DNA from: Candidatus Bathyarchaeota archaeon
GTDB lineage: Archaea; Thermoproteota; Bathyarchaeia; Bathyarchaeales; Bathycorpusculaceae
Direction: 5' to 3'
DNA: 64,000 bases
Assembly (NCBI GenBank): GCA_963720565.1
Contig: CAVRFW010000008.1
Coordinates: 1 to 64,000, forward strand
Positions within the stretch are counted from its first letter, which is position 1. Each line of letters starts with the position of its first letter. The notes beneath the pieces were generated by a model. The model had not been told where the DNA came from. It was given only the letters and a program-made list of their open reading frames with translations, and did not search any database. The position numbers and the translations under genes are program-made. Positions 50,369-60,924 of this stretch are shown one piece after another.

Positions 50369-51805
50369 TTAGGGCTGCCACTTTTCTATGAGATACTTCG
50401 GGATTTCTGAAGAGTCGCGTGGTCCCACTTGAACTTTCCAGCCGCTGAGCTCTTCGATTTCTCCGCTTATTCTTGAAGCTTTGCCGGGGATTATGAGTTT
50501 TCTGTGTTTCACTTTGCCTTCAATGCCTGTGGTTTTGATGGAGTCCGCGACTTTTTCTGCTGTCAATTTGCGTCCGGCGACTCCGCTGTCCACGGCTGAG
50601 CCTTCAGCGTCTACAACGATCAGGTAAGCGTTGAGTTTCGAGCTTTCAAGGTCTGAAGCTACCGTGTAGTAGGTTAAAGCAAAGTTTGTAGTGAAGAATA
50701 CCGGCGAGTTTTCGTCTGGCGTGCCGAACACTTTCAATCCTGGATCTACAGCAACTGGCTTTCTTGGGTCAGTGTAAATGTTTTGTCGAAGCACTGCGTT
50801 GGGGAGAAGTGACCATCCGTCTGCTCCATGCATGATTAAAACGTCTGCATAGCGGACGATGAGCATGCCTGCCAGGTATGCTTCGCGCCACTTGATGATT
50901 TCGTCTGCAGCGTCACCCTTGCCCACCCAAGCAACCATCGGAACGCCTAGTAATGGAAAACCGGCGAGTTCTTCGCCTGCCTTGCAGGCTGCTCGGCGGA
51001 GCATCGTGAAGTTGTTTAGTGTGTCAGCCATTCCTTCGTTGGCGAATGTTCCGGGGTCTAAGACTATGTCTTGTACTCCGTAGTCTTGGAGAGTTTGGGC
51101 TAACGTCACCAGCATGTCCAGGTCGTTTGGTGCCGAAGCTACTATTGGGCAGTTGTACATTAAGGCTAGTTCAGCCATTTCTTTCCAGTTTTCCATGTTT
51201 GCCGCGTACAATAGTGGTCTGGCTTTGGGCACTGCCATCAAACCTGCTTCAGCTATGATGGAGTTCAGAGTGCACAGTATTAGTGGGAGAGTCGTGTTTT
51301 CAGAGACTTTCTTGACGGTTGCCTTGAATTTTTCTGCGTCACCTGAGGTTGATCTGACCGCGATCATGTCCAGTTTTAGTATGTAGCCTATGTATTCGTA
51401 GCTGAATTTTTCCGTGTTCTTTATGCGCTTTAGAACTTCTTCTTCAGGCATCTCGTCTGTGACGTCAATTGCAATAGCGGTTGGATTGAAGTATGTGAAC
51501 TCGTGGCGGTACATGACGAGTTTGCCTCCAAGCTTGACGGCCTTCTCACCGACGCCAACGACTACTTCTTTTATTGCAGGTTTCAGCATTTCTTTTAGTT
51601 GTTTGTAAGCTTTCTCGTGTTCCTTCTTCAGCAAAGGCGGACACTGATCGATGTTTACTTCGCGGTTAACGATTTTTGTGGCGAAAGCCATACAGTTCTC
51701 TTGACCGCATTCTTTGCAGTTTGTCTTGGGAAGCAGTTTGTAAACGTCTATTGGACTGAGTTCTTTAACTCCGACTCTACCTTTTTTTCCACTCATTTCA
51801 TCCAC
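50369..51805 (-). CDS. cdhE: ACDS gamma subunit (corrinoid Fe-S protein, large)
   Basis: LPKTNCKECGQENCMAFA, RHE, NIYTDPRKP, TTNFALTY, VGPRDS. Confidence 0.96.
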   Translation of the reverse strand: MDEMSGKKGRVGVKELSPIDVYKLLPKTNCKECGQENCMAFATKIVNREVNIDQCPPLLKKEHEKAYKQLKEMLKPAIKEVVVGVGEKAVKLGGKLVMYRHEFTYFNPTAIAIDVTDEMPEEEVLKRIKNTEKFSYEYIGYILKLDMIAVRSTSGDAEKFKATVKKVSENTTLPLILCTLNSIIAEAGLMAVPKARPLLYAANMENWKEMAELALMYNCPIVASAPNDLDMLVTLAQTLQDYGVQDIVLDPGTFANEGMADTLNNFTMLRRAACKAGEELAGFPLLGVPMVAWVGKGDAADEIIKWREAYLAGMLIVRYADVLIMHGADGWSLLPNAVLRQNIYTDPRKPVAVDPGLKVFGTPDENSPVFFTTNFALTYYTVASDLESSKLNAYLIVVDAEGSAVDSGVAGRKLTAEKVADSIKTTGIEGKVKHRKLIIPGKASRISGEIEELSGWKVQVGPRDSSEIPKYLIEKWQP

Positions 51806-51810
51806 ATCCT

Positions 51811-53037
51811 CTATGGTTTTGCAGAAATCCAGTCAGCGAAGCTGCTAGCGTCAGCTTTCTTGCCGCTTACTAATTGACGGGTCACGTCTTTTAGTGTCTT
51901 CACTGCAGCTGGATGCATCATCATAAAGAGGTCTACACCTGCAAGCAGAAGTGTTAATGCAGTAGTGACTTCCCATAAGGGGCCTCTTAGCTCACGTGGT
52001 TCCCATTCGGAAGACATTTTCAGCCATGCCTCTCGTGCAGCCCAAGCGTTAGTTGTGCCAGAAGACATTGGATGTGCCAGTTCAGCATCACCCATCAATC
52101 CGCCTATTCTTGCCCTTTCCATGTTTGTGAAAGCGTAGTCTAAACCGTAGCCGAGAGCAGCCGTTGTCAAGTCCATAACTATGTCTTCTCTGCCTAGATA
52201 ATCATATAATCGCCTGTTAAGCTCGCGGGCTAAGTTCAAGTCCATTGGAGTGAAAGACAAAGCCACGTGCCCGTTTTTCTTCACGAATTTTGCGCAACGT
52301 TCGACATCCATGTCAGCAGTTAACGAACTAATTAGGAAACGCTCCCCAGCAAAGGTTTCAGTGATCTCTGCGAAAACAGCAGCGTCCTTTACTGGGTCAC
52401 CGCAACCGCCTATAACGAGCGGCACATCAACTGCTTGGGTGATTGCCTCAACAGTCTTCACAGCATCCTTGGGAGATGCATTCTTTAACAATGGATCAAT
52501 GCTGATTAGATGAACCGTTACCATGTCTGCTCCGAACTTATCAACTGCAAGTTTTGCCCAGGCTGCAGGATCTCCGACTACCTCCTTCACGTGCATCTTT
52601 ACAGCCTTGGACAATGGAACTTCCATGTCGAAGACGTCCAAGGTGACTACTGGAGGATGCGGCATTGTACTCTCAAACGAGTAGAAAGCAGGAGAGGTTT
52701 CACCGCCGATTGTGATTGATCTTCCGCGCGTTCCACCTTCACCTCTGGTGGCGCCCAGTTTTACTTCAGCGATTTTACCGGAATAAGTCTCGATAGGGTA
52801 AGCAAATTTTGTTGAGACAAGTTGTGCAGGTTTTCCCTTCAGGGCTGCGGCTCTTAGCTGAGGCATTAGTTGCCTCGGCAATGAGCCAGATTCGAGCCAT
52901 AGTTCTAGGTCTTTGACTTCTAGCTCGAAGTCTTCAAGCTCGATCTCCTGAGCCTTCGCGAGAAGGTCAAGAAGGTCTGGGCTGATTGCTAAGCCGGAGC
53001 CTTCGTCTTTCTTCTTTTTTTCGGCCACAGGCTTCAC
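51811..53037 (-). CDS. cdhD: ACDS delta subunit (corrinoid Fe-S protein, small)
   Basis: GATRGEGGTR, ALGYGLDY, NAWAAREAW, GPLWE, MMHP. Confidence 0.95.
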   Translation of the reverse strand: MKPVAEKKKKDEGSGLAISPDLLDLLAKAQEIELEDFELEVKDLELWLESGSLPRQLMPQLRAAALKGKPAQLVSTKFAYPIETYSGKIAEVKLGATRGEGGTRGRSITIGGETSPAFYSFESTMPHPPVVTLDVFDMEVPLSKAVKMHVKEVVGDPAAWAKLAVDKFGADMVTVHLISIDPLLKNASPKDAVKTVEAITQAVDVPLVIGGCGDPVKDAAVFAEITETFAGERFLISSLTADMDVERCAKFVKKNGHVALSFTPMDLNLARELNRRLYDYLGREDIVMDLTTAALGYGLDYAFTNMERARIGGLMGDAELAHPMSSGTTNAWAAREAWLKMSSEWEPRELRGPLWEVTTALTLLLAGVDLFMMMHPAAVKTLKDVTRQLVSGKKADASSFADWISAKP

Positions 53038-53038
53038 C

Positions 53039-54439
53039 TTAGTTTTTCTTCTCGCTTTTCGCCGTGCGGATTATGACTTTTTTGGCGTATATTTTTGCGT
53101 CCTTTAGGATTATCTTGAAACCGCCTGCCATTATTGGCAGAGTAGCTGCTGTTGCCACGGGCATCATTACGCCTTCCTCTTTTGCTTCTTCAGGTGCGGC
53201 CTCTTCAACTGCTGCTGTCTCGGCCCATCTTTTCACGACAGGGTGGTTCTTCTCTTTCAAGAAGGCCTTCAAGGAATCGATGTTTTGCGCGTCTTCCTCA
53301 GTAGCTATTTTGTCCACAACTTCTGCTGGTACGAATTCTTTTACGCGTTCCTTTACTTCTTTTGGCAACCAGACTACACGGTTCCATCCGTCGTCTGCTG
53401 CAAGGAACTTCTTTGAGCGCATATACTCGATTGACATTCCATGGAAACCGTCTATCTGCCGTCCGCCAGCCGTTGAGTCAGCGAGAGTCGAGAATGGCAG
53501 ACCGTTGACCGTCACACCTTTGAAGCTTCTGTTGACCACGCCAAAACCGTCGACTTCTGGAATGTAGAAAGCTACCGCTTCAAAGCAGCCGCATGAAGTG
53601 TGTGGATGGTCAAAAGCTGTGTAGAGCCAGACTTGGTTAACTTCGCCCAAAGTGCGTTTCTTGACAGTTTCGTTTATGCCTGAGAACTCGCCTTTTTCCG
53701 CGTTAATCAGTTGGCCTCTTTCAATGGCGAAAACTGGTCCTTTGGGATCTATTTGTGCTGATGCTCGGCCGTCAAACCAGCTGATTGCACCGCAATTGGA
53801 GTAGCGTTGAGGTGTGATGACACATACGTGGCTAGGAGCGAATGATTGGCATAGAACGCAACCGTAGAATTTGTCAACTTCCTCATCTTTGAGGCCTCTG
53901 GCTTTGGCGTCTCTTGTCTCGTAGGCTTGCATGGCTTCGGGATACATTTCTTGTACTTTGGCTGGGTCGGTGATGAAGGTTATCTGGACTTTTTCGATTA
54001 TTGGAAGTTCGCTCTTGAATAGTGTGTGAAGAACTTTGCCGATGTACTCGAAAGAGTTCAGGCCCTTCTGGAAGGCTTTCTTGCCTAAGCGCATCCAGAT
54101 GTCGTAGCGCTGGTTAAGGTGCATGAAGCCTTCGATGTAGTTCAGATAGCCGTGTATACGCCTTTCGATTACTCCTTCAAGCTGCGGGTCAAGCGTTGAT
54201 CCAGCGGCTTCTACTAGAATTCCAAGAGGTGAGACACTACCTTCTTTCATGTCTTTGATGTCAGGGCCGATTATCGTTACTTTTCCATCTTCAACTTCGT
54301 CTAGGGGTCTTACTTTGGCTAATTCGAATTTTTCTTTGACTGTTGGACCACCGAGTTCTACTTGCATGTCGTTTCTGCGGATGCGTTCGCCCTCGTATAT
54401 TACGCCAACATCTACTGGTATGTCTTTAAACATTGACAT
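53039..54439 (-). CDS. cdhC: ACDS beta subunit (acetyl-CoA synthase)
   Basis: YEGERIR, HLNQRYD, CVLCQSFAPSH, HTSCGCFE. Confidence 0.97.
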   Translation of the reverse strand: MSMFKDIPVDVGVIYEGERIRRNDMQVELGGPTVKEKFELAKVRPLDEVEDGKVTIIGPDIKDMKEGSVSPLGILVEAAGSTLDPQLEGVIERRIHGYLNYIEGFMHLNQRYDIWMRLGKKAFQKGLNSFEYIGKVLHTLFKSELPIIEKVQITFITDPAKVQEMYPEAMQAYETRDAKARGLKDEEVDKFYGCVLCQSFAPSHVCVITPQRYSNCGAISWFDGRASAQIDPKGPVFAIERGQLINAEKGEFSGINETVKKRTLGEVNQVWLYTAFDHPHTSCGCFEAVAFYIPEVDGFGVVNRSFKGVTVNGLPFSTLADSTAGGRQIDGFHGMSIEYMRSKKFLAADDGWNRVVWLPKEVKERVKEFVPAEVVDKIATEEDAQNIDSLKAFLKEKNHPVVKRWAETAAVEEAAPEEAKEEGVMMPVATAATLPIMAGGFKIILKDAKIYAKKVIIRTAKSEKKN

Positions 54440-54443
54440 TTTT

Positions 54444-54986
54444 TTATTGTCCTCCTTCAAACTTTGAAGTCATGACTGTGAGATTGTTCGCCCACTCTTC
54501 CAGAGAGGCATTTGGGAAAGACCAACTTGCGTGAGCGTGGAACAAGTTGTCCAGAGTTATGGTTTTGAGGTCTGGAGCGAAGTGTTTGAGCCCACAGATA
54601 ATCAGTCCCTCCATGTAGTAGGGCATACCTACGAACAATGCTAGGTCGTATGGTCCTTTGCCGTCTAGTCCTTGCCATTCTGGGTCTACAAGCCTGTTGC
54701 CTATGTCCATTGCGGACATGAAGCCAGCCGGGGTGTAGCCGCGTTTAAGGAATTCGCCTACCATGTGGGCTGTAGCGACGACTGGAACTTTGGATGCTCT
54801 TGCGAAGTCAATGAGGTATTCGATGAGCGGTTTGCCTTCCATGAATCTTTCAACTGCGTAGCTTCCGACCACGAGAATTGGGCGTTTGGCTCTTTTCACC
54901 ATGGCGACTACTATTTCTGGTTTCTGAATCGCGTTTGCTTTCTTTGTGGCTGCTATTTCGGCACATTGCCAGGGTTCACATGACAT
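54444..54986 (-). CDS. cdhB: ACDS epsilon subunit
   Basis: AKRPILVVG, WQGLDGKGPYDL, ASWSFPN. Confidence 0.94.
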   Translation of the reverse strand: MSCEPWQCAEIAATKKANAIQKPEIVVAMVKRAKRPILVVGSYAVERFMEGKPLIEYLIDFARASKVPVVATAHMVGEFLKRGYTPAGFMSAMDIGNRLVDPEWQGLDGKGPYDLALFVGMPYYMEGLIICGLKHFAPDLKTITLDNLFHAHASWSFPNASLEEWANNLTVMTSKFEGGQ

Positions 54987-54992
54987 TCATTA

Positions 54993-57341
54993 TCACTCCT
55001 TGATTTTTCTAATCATTCTTGGAAGCAAGGTCGGATCCGGAATCACGGTTTCTTTCCAGCCTTTTTCATCAAGTATCTTTGTTATTTCATCTTTCATGGT
55101 CATCGGCACATCTGCCATGGTGCGTACGAATCGGTGCACGTCTTCCGGCATGACTCCGTAGAGACGCTTGCTCAGGTCAATATAGTGTGAGAGTTTGATG
55201 CTGCGTCCTTTCCAGGTGTCGTTCGGTCTGATGCATAATTTCGCGATGGCAACCATGGCTTCTTCAGGCGTTTCAACGGTTTGGAACAAGTGTTCAGGTG
55301 CAGGACCGATGTTGACTTTGTCGCCTGTGCGGGCGTCGTAGACTTCCCAGTCTTCGGGCTTGTCTTCTCTGCCAAGGAGCATTCGGCGATATTTGCTGCC
55401 ATGTGGGCCGACTAGGACTGGAATTCCTAAGCGCCAGAATCCTGCTGCAATAGCTGCGGCTTTCTGTGAATATGCGCCCCATGCTAGACCTACTGCGCCA
55501 ACGCGGTTGTATATGTAATCTGCTATTTCTTCGTAGTTGCCTCGGAGGCTGCGTTTAGCGAAGATATTTGCCACTTTAATGGCTGCGCCTGCAATGTGCG
55601 CGTTGCTGACACAAGAACCCGTATTAAGTACGCCTCCAGCTTCGAAGCCACCAGGGAATTCCTCATAAAGACCCTGACCGTCCGAATTCTTATAGGAACC
55701 TGCTGACATGGCTGCACACCCTGAAGTAACTACGATGTAACGTCTTTTTGCAAACTCTCTGCATATGTCATAGACAGCCTTGCCGCCTTTCGGGTAGTTG
55801 CTGCATCCTACGACAGCAAGAATACCTGGGATTTCCCCGAGAACGATTGGGCTACCAACATTTCGGATTTCTGTGTCTTGAACAGCTCCGCGACCGCAAC
55901 GACACAAGTTCGTTTCTTCGGTCATTTGTTTTTCTCCAGCTTTCACAATGAAGCTGTGTATCATAAGTTCCTCTGGACATGCTTCTTCACAGCGTCCACA
56001 TCCGATACAGTATTCGTACAAGTCTGTCAGTTCAGCCATTGACCCCTCCGCTGCTGCTTTCAGGGCTTGCGGTATTTTGAGGTCTTGAGGACATGATCTT
56101 CGGCAAAGGTTACATTGTTTGCAGGTTTTGGCAAGGCTCTTGATTTCCTGAACTTCTGGGAGATTCTTGAATTTCTTGCGAATTGGCTCCATCTTTTGAG
56201 CGACTTTAACCGCAACCTCCCCAACTTTGTCTGGGTCAAGAATCAGGACACCAGGGACTTTGCCACTTACTAGGTCGGCAACTATTTCGTCTGCGGGGTC
56301 GTTTGTGCGATTCTTGAAGCCCATGCAGTTTTTCTCTGATGCAGCTATAACCGGGGCTCTAGCACGAGTTGCTTCGTCGGCAACATCTGTTCTGACGCAT
56401 TGCTCGTCCAAAACCACTACATCAGCAAAACCACTTCTCAAGAAACGCAGTTGCCAAGAGATTGGACCGACGATTCTTCCTCGGTTGTGGTATCTTGTGA
56501 TATCGTGCGCGGTGCAACACAAGCCAACAACCTCTATCTTATCATCTATTTTGTTGTCTCTTGCATAGTCAATAATTGCTATCGAGGGAACAACATTGTG
56601 ACCAATGCACATAACCACTGGCTTTGATTTGTCTACTGTTCCGATACCCAGTGAAACAAGAGGAGCTTCAGGTTCGGCTTTGGGAAAGCCAAGAGTGGAA
56701 ACCTGAGCGATATCGCCGACTTCCATTCCCACATGGTCAATCATACCAACATGGAATGCTTTTGATTCAAAATCTAAATTGTTACCTTCCTGCCCAGTGT
56801 GAGCAACAGCAACTGTCTGAGTAATTTGCTCTTCGGCGTATTCTAAGACTTCGTCCAAGTCTCCAAGGGTTTCAGGTTTTATGCCTGTAACAAGACGGGT
56901 TATGGGAGCTTCAACTTTCACGTTTAAGCCACCGATGTCCAAGGGATATCTTCGACCGTATTTGTCGATCAAGTGATGAAGCATGTGCCGAGCATGAGCC
57001 GTGTGAGTCGCGGCGCCAATGCAACAAGCTATGAGCACGATACGTGATGACTGGGCAGCCATGTCTAAGCCACAGGCGCCACGCTTTCCAGCTGTCAAAT
57101 CGCATTTGCCAAAAGTGCATAGACAGCACAAATCACAATCAGGCATGTAGAATGGTTTGTATCTGTTTAGGAGTTTTAAATCCCAATCTCTAAGGGTTGA
57201 GAGTGAAGGTTTAGGTGTGGGACCCATAGGTTCGGTCCAGCTGTCGTCGACAACTTTGCCGATGTTTAGTTCAAGATTTTTAATAAAACTAGTGTTGGTC
57301 TTCATTTCGCCTATTTTTACGCGCACATTTTTAGTGGTCAA
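54993..57341 (-). CDS. cdhA: ACDS alpha subunit (CO dehydrogenase)
   Basis: CDLCCLCTFGKC, HTAHARH, GHN, CCT, ferredoxin motifs, GSCVSNAH, WGAYSQKA. Confidence 0.97.
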   Translation of the reverse strand: MTTKNVRVKIGEMKTNTSFIKNLELNIGKVVDDSWTEPMGPTPKPSLSTLRDWDLKLLNRYKPFYMPDCDLCCLCTFGKCDLTAGKRGACGLDMAAQSSRIVLIACCIGAATHTAHARHMLHHLIDKYGRRYPLDIGGLNVKVEAPITRLVTGIKPETLGDLDEVLEYAEEQITQTVAVAHTGQEGNNLDFESKAFHVGMIDHVGMEVGDIAQVSTLGFPKAEPEAPLVSLGIGTVDKSKPVVMCIGHNVVPSIAIIDYARDNKIDDKIEVVGLCCTAHDITRYHNRGRIVGPISWQLRFLRSGFADVVVLDEQCVRTDVADEATRARAPVIAASEKNCMGFKNRTNDPADEIVADLVSGKVPGVLILDPDKVGEVAVKVAQKMEPIRKKFKNLPEVQEIKSLAKTCKQCNLCRRSCPQDLKIPQALKAAAEGSMAELTDLYEYCIGCGRCEEACPEELMIHSFIVKAGEKQMTEETNLCRCGRGAVQDTEIRNVGSPIVLGEIPGILAVVGCSNYPKGGKAVYDICREFAKRRYIVVTSGCAAMSAGSYKNSDGQGLYEEFPGGFEAGGVLNTGSCVSNAHIAGAAIKVANIFAKRSLRGNYEEIADYIYNRVGAVGLAWGAYSQKAAAIAAGFWRLGIPVLVGPHGSKYRRMLLGREDKPEDWEVYDARTGDKVNIGPAPEHLFQTVETPEEAMVAIAKLCIRPNDTWKGRSIKLSHYIDLSKRLYGVMPEDVHRFVRTMADVPMTMKDEITKILDEKGWKETVIPDPTLLPRMIRKIKE

Positions 57342-57484
57342 TATGGAACCTCCGTAAAGGTTTCGATTAGTACCAACAAGACAGTCTTTTTAAACTTTTC
57401 CAGAAGCCATAAACAAAAGCTATGATGGGTGAATCGAAAAGGAGTCTAAGTCGGAAGAATGTGAAAGTTGCAGACGCCTTGGAT

Positions 57485-58249
57485 TCACATATAGCCTGCG
57501 GCTTTCAAAATCTTTTTTACAGAAAGATACGCTGGGTTGTCAGAGGGCAGATCAAGCAAGGACTTGCCGGTAAGAACATAATCGTCTAGTTGCTCGTCGG
57601 CAAATATTTTTCCGAGATACTTGAACTTCAATTCGGTTTCTGCTTTGCTACCCAGATTTGCAGGGAATCTATAGCCACCTACGAGGTAGAAATTCTCAAA
57701 CGTCATATCAACCTCTTTGGCAATCCGGTGCGCTCGTCTAACGTGATCCAATGATTTCTTTGAGTGGTCTAGAATGTCAAGAATGTCATCGACTTTTGAT
57801 GTGATGCGCCTGTTAAGATGCTCAAGGCCGGCAGGGGAGTCAATCAAAACATACTTGTAGTTCTTGGTCAAAGATGCTAGTGCTCCTTTCAGGGCGGAGT
57901 TTGGCATGCAGTAGCAACCTTCGACCCATTTTGTGCCTACAGCTAGAAAATCGAAGTTGGGGCTTTCAAACAGACCGTTACTCCATATCTTGCTCTCTAT
58001 CCTTTCAGTTGGCGCTACTCCTACAGTTGTACCTCCTTGCTCGATGAACGTGGTCACAAGCAGTTCCGAAATGGTTTTTTTGCCCGCTTCTCTAAGGTCA
58101 ATTCCAACCATTTCAGCGAGATTCTGGTCGGGATCAGCATCTACCAGCAGTAGCGGAGAGTAACCAGCTTCAACAAAGCTCTTTGCAACCAAAGCTACGA
58201 AACTGGATTTCCCAGTTCCTCCCCTTCCGATTGTTACGATGGTTTTCAT
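57485..58249 (-). CDS. cooC: CooC/AcsF-type nickel-insertion ATPase
   Basis: GRGGTGKS, DADP, EGCYC, PAGLEHLNR. Confidence 0.9.
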   Translation of the reverse strand: MKTIVTIGRGGTGKSSFVALVAKSFVEAGYSPLLLVDADPDQNLAEMVGIDLREAGKKTISELLVTTFIEQGGTTVGVAPTERIESKIWSNGLFESPNFDFLAVGTKWVEGCYCMPNSALKGALASLTKNYKYVLIDSPAGLEHLNRRITSKVDDILDILDHSKKSLDHVRRAHRIAKEVDMTFENFYLVGGYRFPANLGSKAETELKFKYLGKIFADEQLDDYVLTGKSLLDLPSDNPAYLSVKKILKAAGYM

Positions 58250-58285
58250 TCAAACAACCTCTAATCATTATGTGCTAATTCAATT

Positions 58286-59065
58286 TTAGATGCTCTTTTT
58301 AATAAACGCCTCGCATAGCCCGTCGATGACTTCTACGGCTTCAATTTCTTTTTTCATAAGAGGTGTTTCTCCGCGCATATCCGCGTCAGTCACTCTTGGG
58401 TCAAATGGGATGAGAGTGAGGAGGGACAGACCGTTTTTCTCAGCGAAAGTGCGGATAGCGGTCTTCTGAGCTTCATTCATAACCCTATTCCCAACAAGAT
58501 AGAGCTGCTTCATTTCAGCCTTTGAGGCTAGGTCATAAATGTGCTTGGCAATCTCCAGAGATTTTAAATTTGAGTCAGCCACTATGAGCAAGGCGTCCAC
58601 CTGTTTTGCAGTACCTCGACCTATATGCTCCACGCCCGCTTCCAAATCTAAGACAACAGCTTCATTTCTGTCGACTATCAAATGGCGCAGGAGAGCTCTA
58701 ATAACAGCGTTTGGAGCGCACATACAACCCGATCCCATCGACTTCACCGTGCCCATTACAATCAAATTCACGCCAAAAGGAGTACTTACAGAATATTCGC
58801 GGACTATATCGTCAACTGTAAATGATAAGCGGTAAACTCCTGAATAGCCTGTGCTTGTCTTGGAGTCAACCAACTCTTTGTTTTCCGATATGGGTACTAT
58901 CTTACGGGCTTCTTCAGCGGATAAGCCCAAGGTTAAGGCAAGATTCGGTGAAGAATCAGCGTCTATTGCTATAGTTTTTAATCCTCTCTGAGCGAAACCG
59001 CGCGCAAGACCCGCTGCAATCAGGGTTTTGCCGACTCCACCCTTACCGGAAACTGCAATTTTCAT
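58286..59065 (-). CDS. cooC: CooC-type nickel-insertion ATPase
   Basis: GKGGVGKT, DADS, GSGCMC, DLEAGVEHIGRG. Confidence 0.92.
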   Translation of the reverse strand: MKIAVSGKGGVGKTLIAAGLARGFAQRGLKTIAIDADSSPNLALTLGLSAEEARKIVPISENKELVDSKTSTGYSGVYRLSFTVDDIVREYSVSTPFGVNLIVMGTVKSMGSGCMCAPNAVIRALLRHLIVDRNEAVVLDLEAGVEHIGRGTAKQVDALLIVADSNLKSLEIAKHIYDLASKAEMKQLYLVGNRVMNEAQKTAIRTFAEKNGLSLLTLIPFDPRVTDADMRGETPLMKKEIEAVEVIDGLCEAFIKKSI

Positions 59066-59431
59066 ACGTTCTCAACATGAAAAGGTTCTTTGTTAAGGTT
59101 TATTTACATTTCCATCTGAAGCAAAGACATGCTTTAGATTGATTTGTTCATTCTGAATTAGTTCTCTTCAACATCCTCTCAGGATTACTGAACCAGTTTC
59201 AGTCTGTTTCGATTATGTTCCAGTAACAGAACTTACATTCGAAAGCTATTCTCCCCAACGAGTCTGACCAGCTTTGTCAAATCAAGAGGTAGAGTTTTCA
59301 ATGTACTTATGATAATTAGAAGGCTTGTTTGGCAGCGAAGAAAAATGAGCAAGCAGAAATGGAAACCAACTTCATGCGGGCACAAACACTAGACAAGAAG
59401 GCAAACCCATTCGATTTGATTAAATCTTAAC

Positions 59432-60181
59432 CTACTCTATCAGCAGAAGAAGAAGCATCGGGACCACTCCACAAATGATAGAGGCCAGCTGCAATGCGGC
59501 TTTTTTTGGTTCAGGGGCGTCTTTGCGAATTTCCGGAATTAGATCCGACCCTGCGATATAGATGAAGTTACCCGCAGCAAAAGGTATCAATAATGGTACG
59601 AAACCTTCTATGGCTGAACCCACAACAAAGGCGATCATGGCACCAAGTATCGCCGTCAACGCAGTCAGGAAGTTGAACATCAATGCTTTTCTCTTATTGA
59701 ACCCACCATAAATCAGCACACCGAAGTCACCAAGTTCTTGAGGTATTTCATGGAATATAACGGCTATAGTTGTCGCTATTCCCAAGGGAATGCTGGCTAT
59801 GTAGCTGCCACCTACTATTAGCCCATCTATTAGATTGTGAACTGCATCTCCGAAGAGATTCATGTACGCAAAGGAATGCGGATGCTCTTCAGACGTTGGA
59901 ATATGGCAATGCCTCCACTGTAAAAAGCGTTCTACAGCAAAAGAAGAAAGAATGCCCAGAATGATAACGAGGGAGGAGGTAGTTTGGAAGCCAGTTTCCG
60001 CCATTGCCTCTGGAATGAGATGAAGGAAAACATCTCCAAGCAAGCCTCCGGCAGCGAAACTGACCAGGTAGATAAAGGCTTTTTTCAGCTTTTTATCAGC
60101 TAACCACATGGTCAGAACGCCAGCCATGGAAATGGTGCTGATAACTGTTACGCTTAATAGGCCTATTATCCAGGCTTCCAT
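59432..60181 (-). CDS. ZIP-family metal transporter
   Basis: FLHLIPE, HCH...HPH loop, HNLIDG, HEIPQE. Confidence 0.93.
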   Translation of the reverse strand: MEAWIIGLLSVTVISTISMAGVLTMWLADKKLKKAFIYLVSFAAGGLLGDVFLHLIPEAMAETGFQTTSSLVIILGILSSFAVERFLQWRHCHIPTSEEHPHSFAYMNLFGDAVHNLIDGLIVGGSYIASIPLGIATTIAVIFHEIPQELGDFGVLIYGGFNKRKALMFNFLTALTAILGAMIAFVVGSAIEGFVPLLIPFAAGNFIYIAGSDLIPEIRKDAPEPKKAALQLASIICGVVPMLLLLLIE

Positions 60182-60279
60182 TAATTATCACGAATAGCAA
60201 ACGCACGCGGAGTTATTAAGTCTTGCCAATTTCCTATTATATTATACATATTTAAGAGAGATATCTTAATAAGATAACT

Positions 60280-60666
60280 ATGAACATCTTGAGCGTTTCA
60301 ATTCCGAAAAGCCTGTTGGAGAAGGTTGACAACTACATAAGCGAGCAAGGTTTCGCGAATCGCTCTGAAATCATCAGACAAGCTCTAAGAGCCTACATGG
60401 CTGAAGGCCTAAAACTCGGTGAGCTCCAAGGAAAAATCACAGCTACAATAACAATCATCTATCAAAAAGGGGCTAGGGCAGGAAAGATACTGGACATTCA
60501 GCACAAGTACAGTAGTTTAGTCTTAACATTCCTTCACACACATGTGGAAGAAGCTTATTGCATCGAAATCATGGTAGTCAAAGGAGACGCCCAAGTCGTG
60601 AAAGCTTTCGTATCGGCCTTGAAGGCAAATAAACAAATCTCAGAGGTCAGAGTTACGCTTTTGTAA
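60280..60666 (+). CDS. NikR-like ribbon-helix-helix metal-responsive regulator
   Basis: LSVSIP...GFANRSEIIRQALR; IQH...FLHTH...C ligand pattern. Confidence 0.85.
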   Translation: MNILSVSIPKSLLEKVDNYISEQGFANRSEIIRQALRAYMAEGLKLGELQGKITATITIIYQKGARAGKILDIQHKYSSLVLTFLHTHVEEAYCIEIMVVKGDAQVVKAFVSALKANKQISEVRVTLL

Positions 60667-60924
60667 AGAAGCCACGACCAGAAAAAAGGGCTACATCGAA
60701 CAAACCTCGCTATGATTGAAGCCCATTGTTAATCTCAGAGTTGTATGCTGACAAAGGCTCAGCTTCTTAGGCTCAAAGAATTGACTATTTTTCGCGTAGA
60801 ACTTTAGGTTTGTACATGAGCTTGTGGAAAAAATAATGATAGAACCAAAATAGAGAGGCGTCGCACTCATGCAAAAGATATTTTAGTCCAGACCTATCTC
60901 ATCATTACCCAAGATGATGTCTCT

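Noticed and set aside
50369..59065. cdhABCDE plus two cooC as a novel system
   Set aside because: Standard archaeal ACDS operon.
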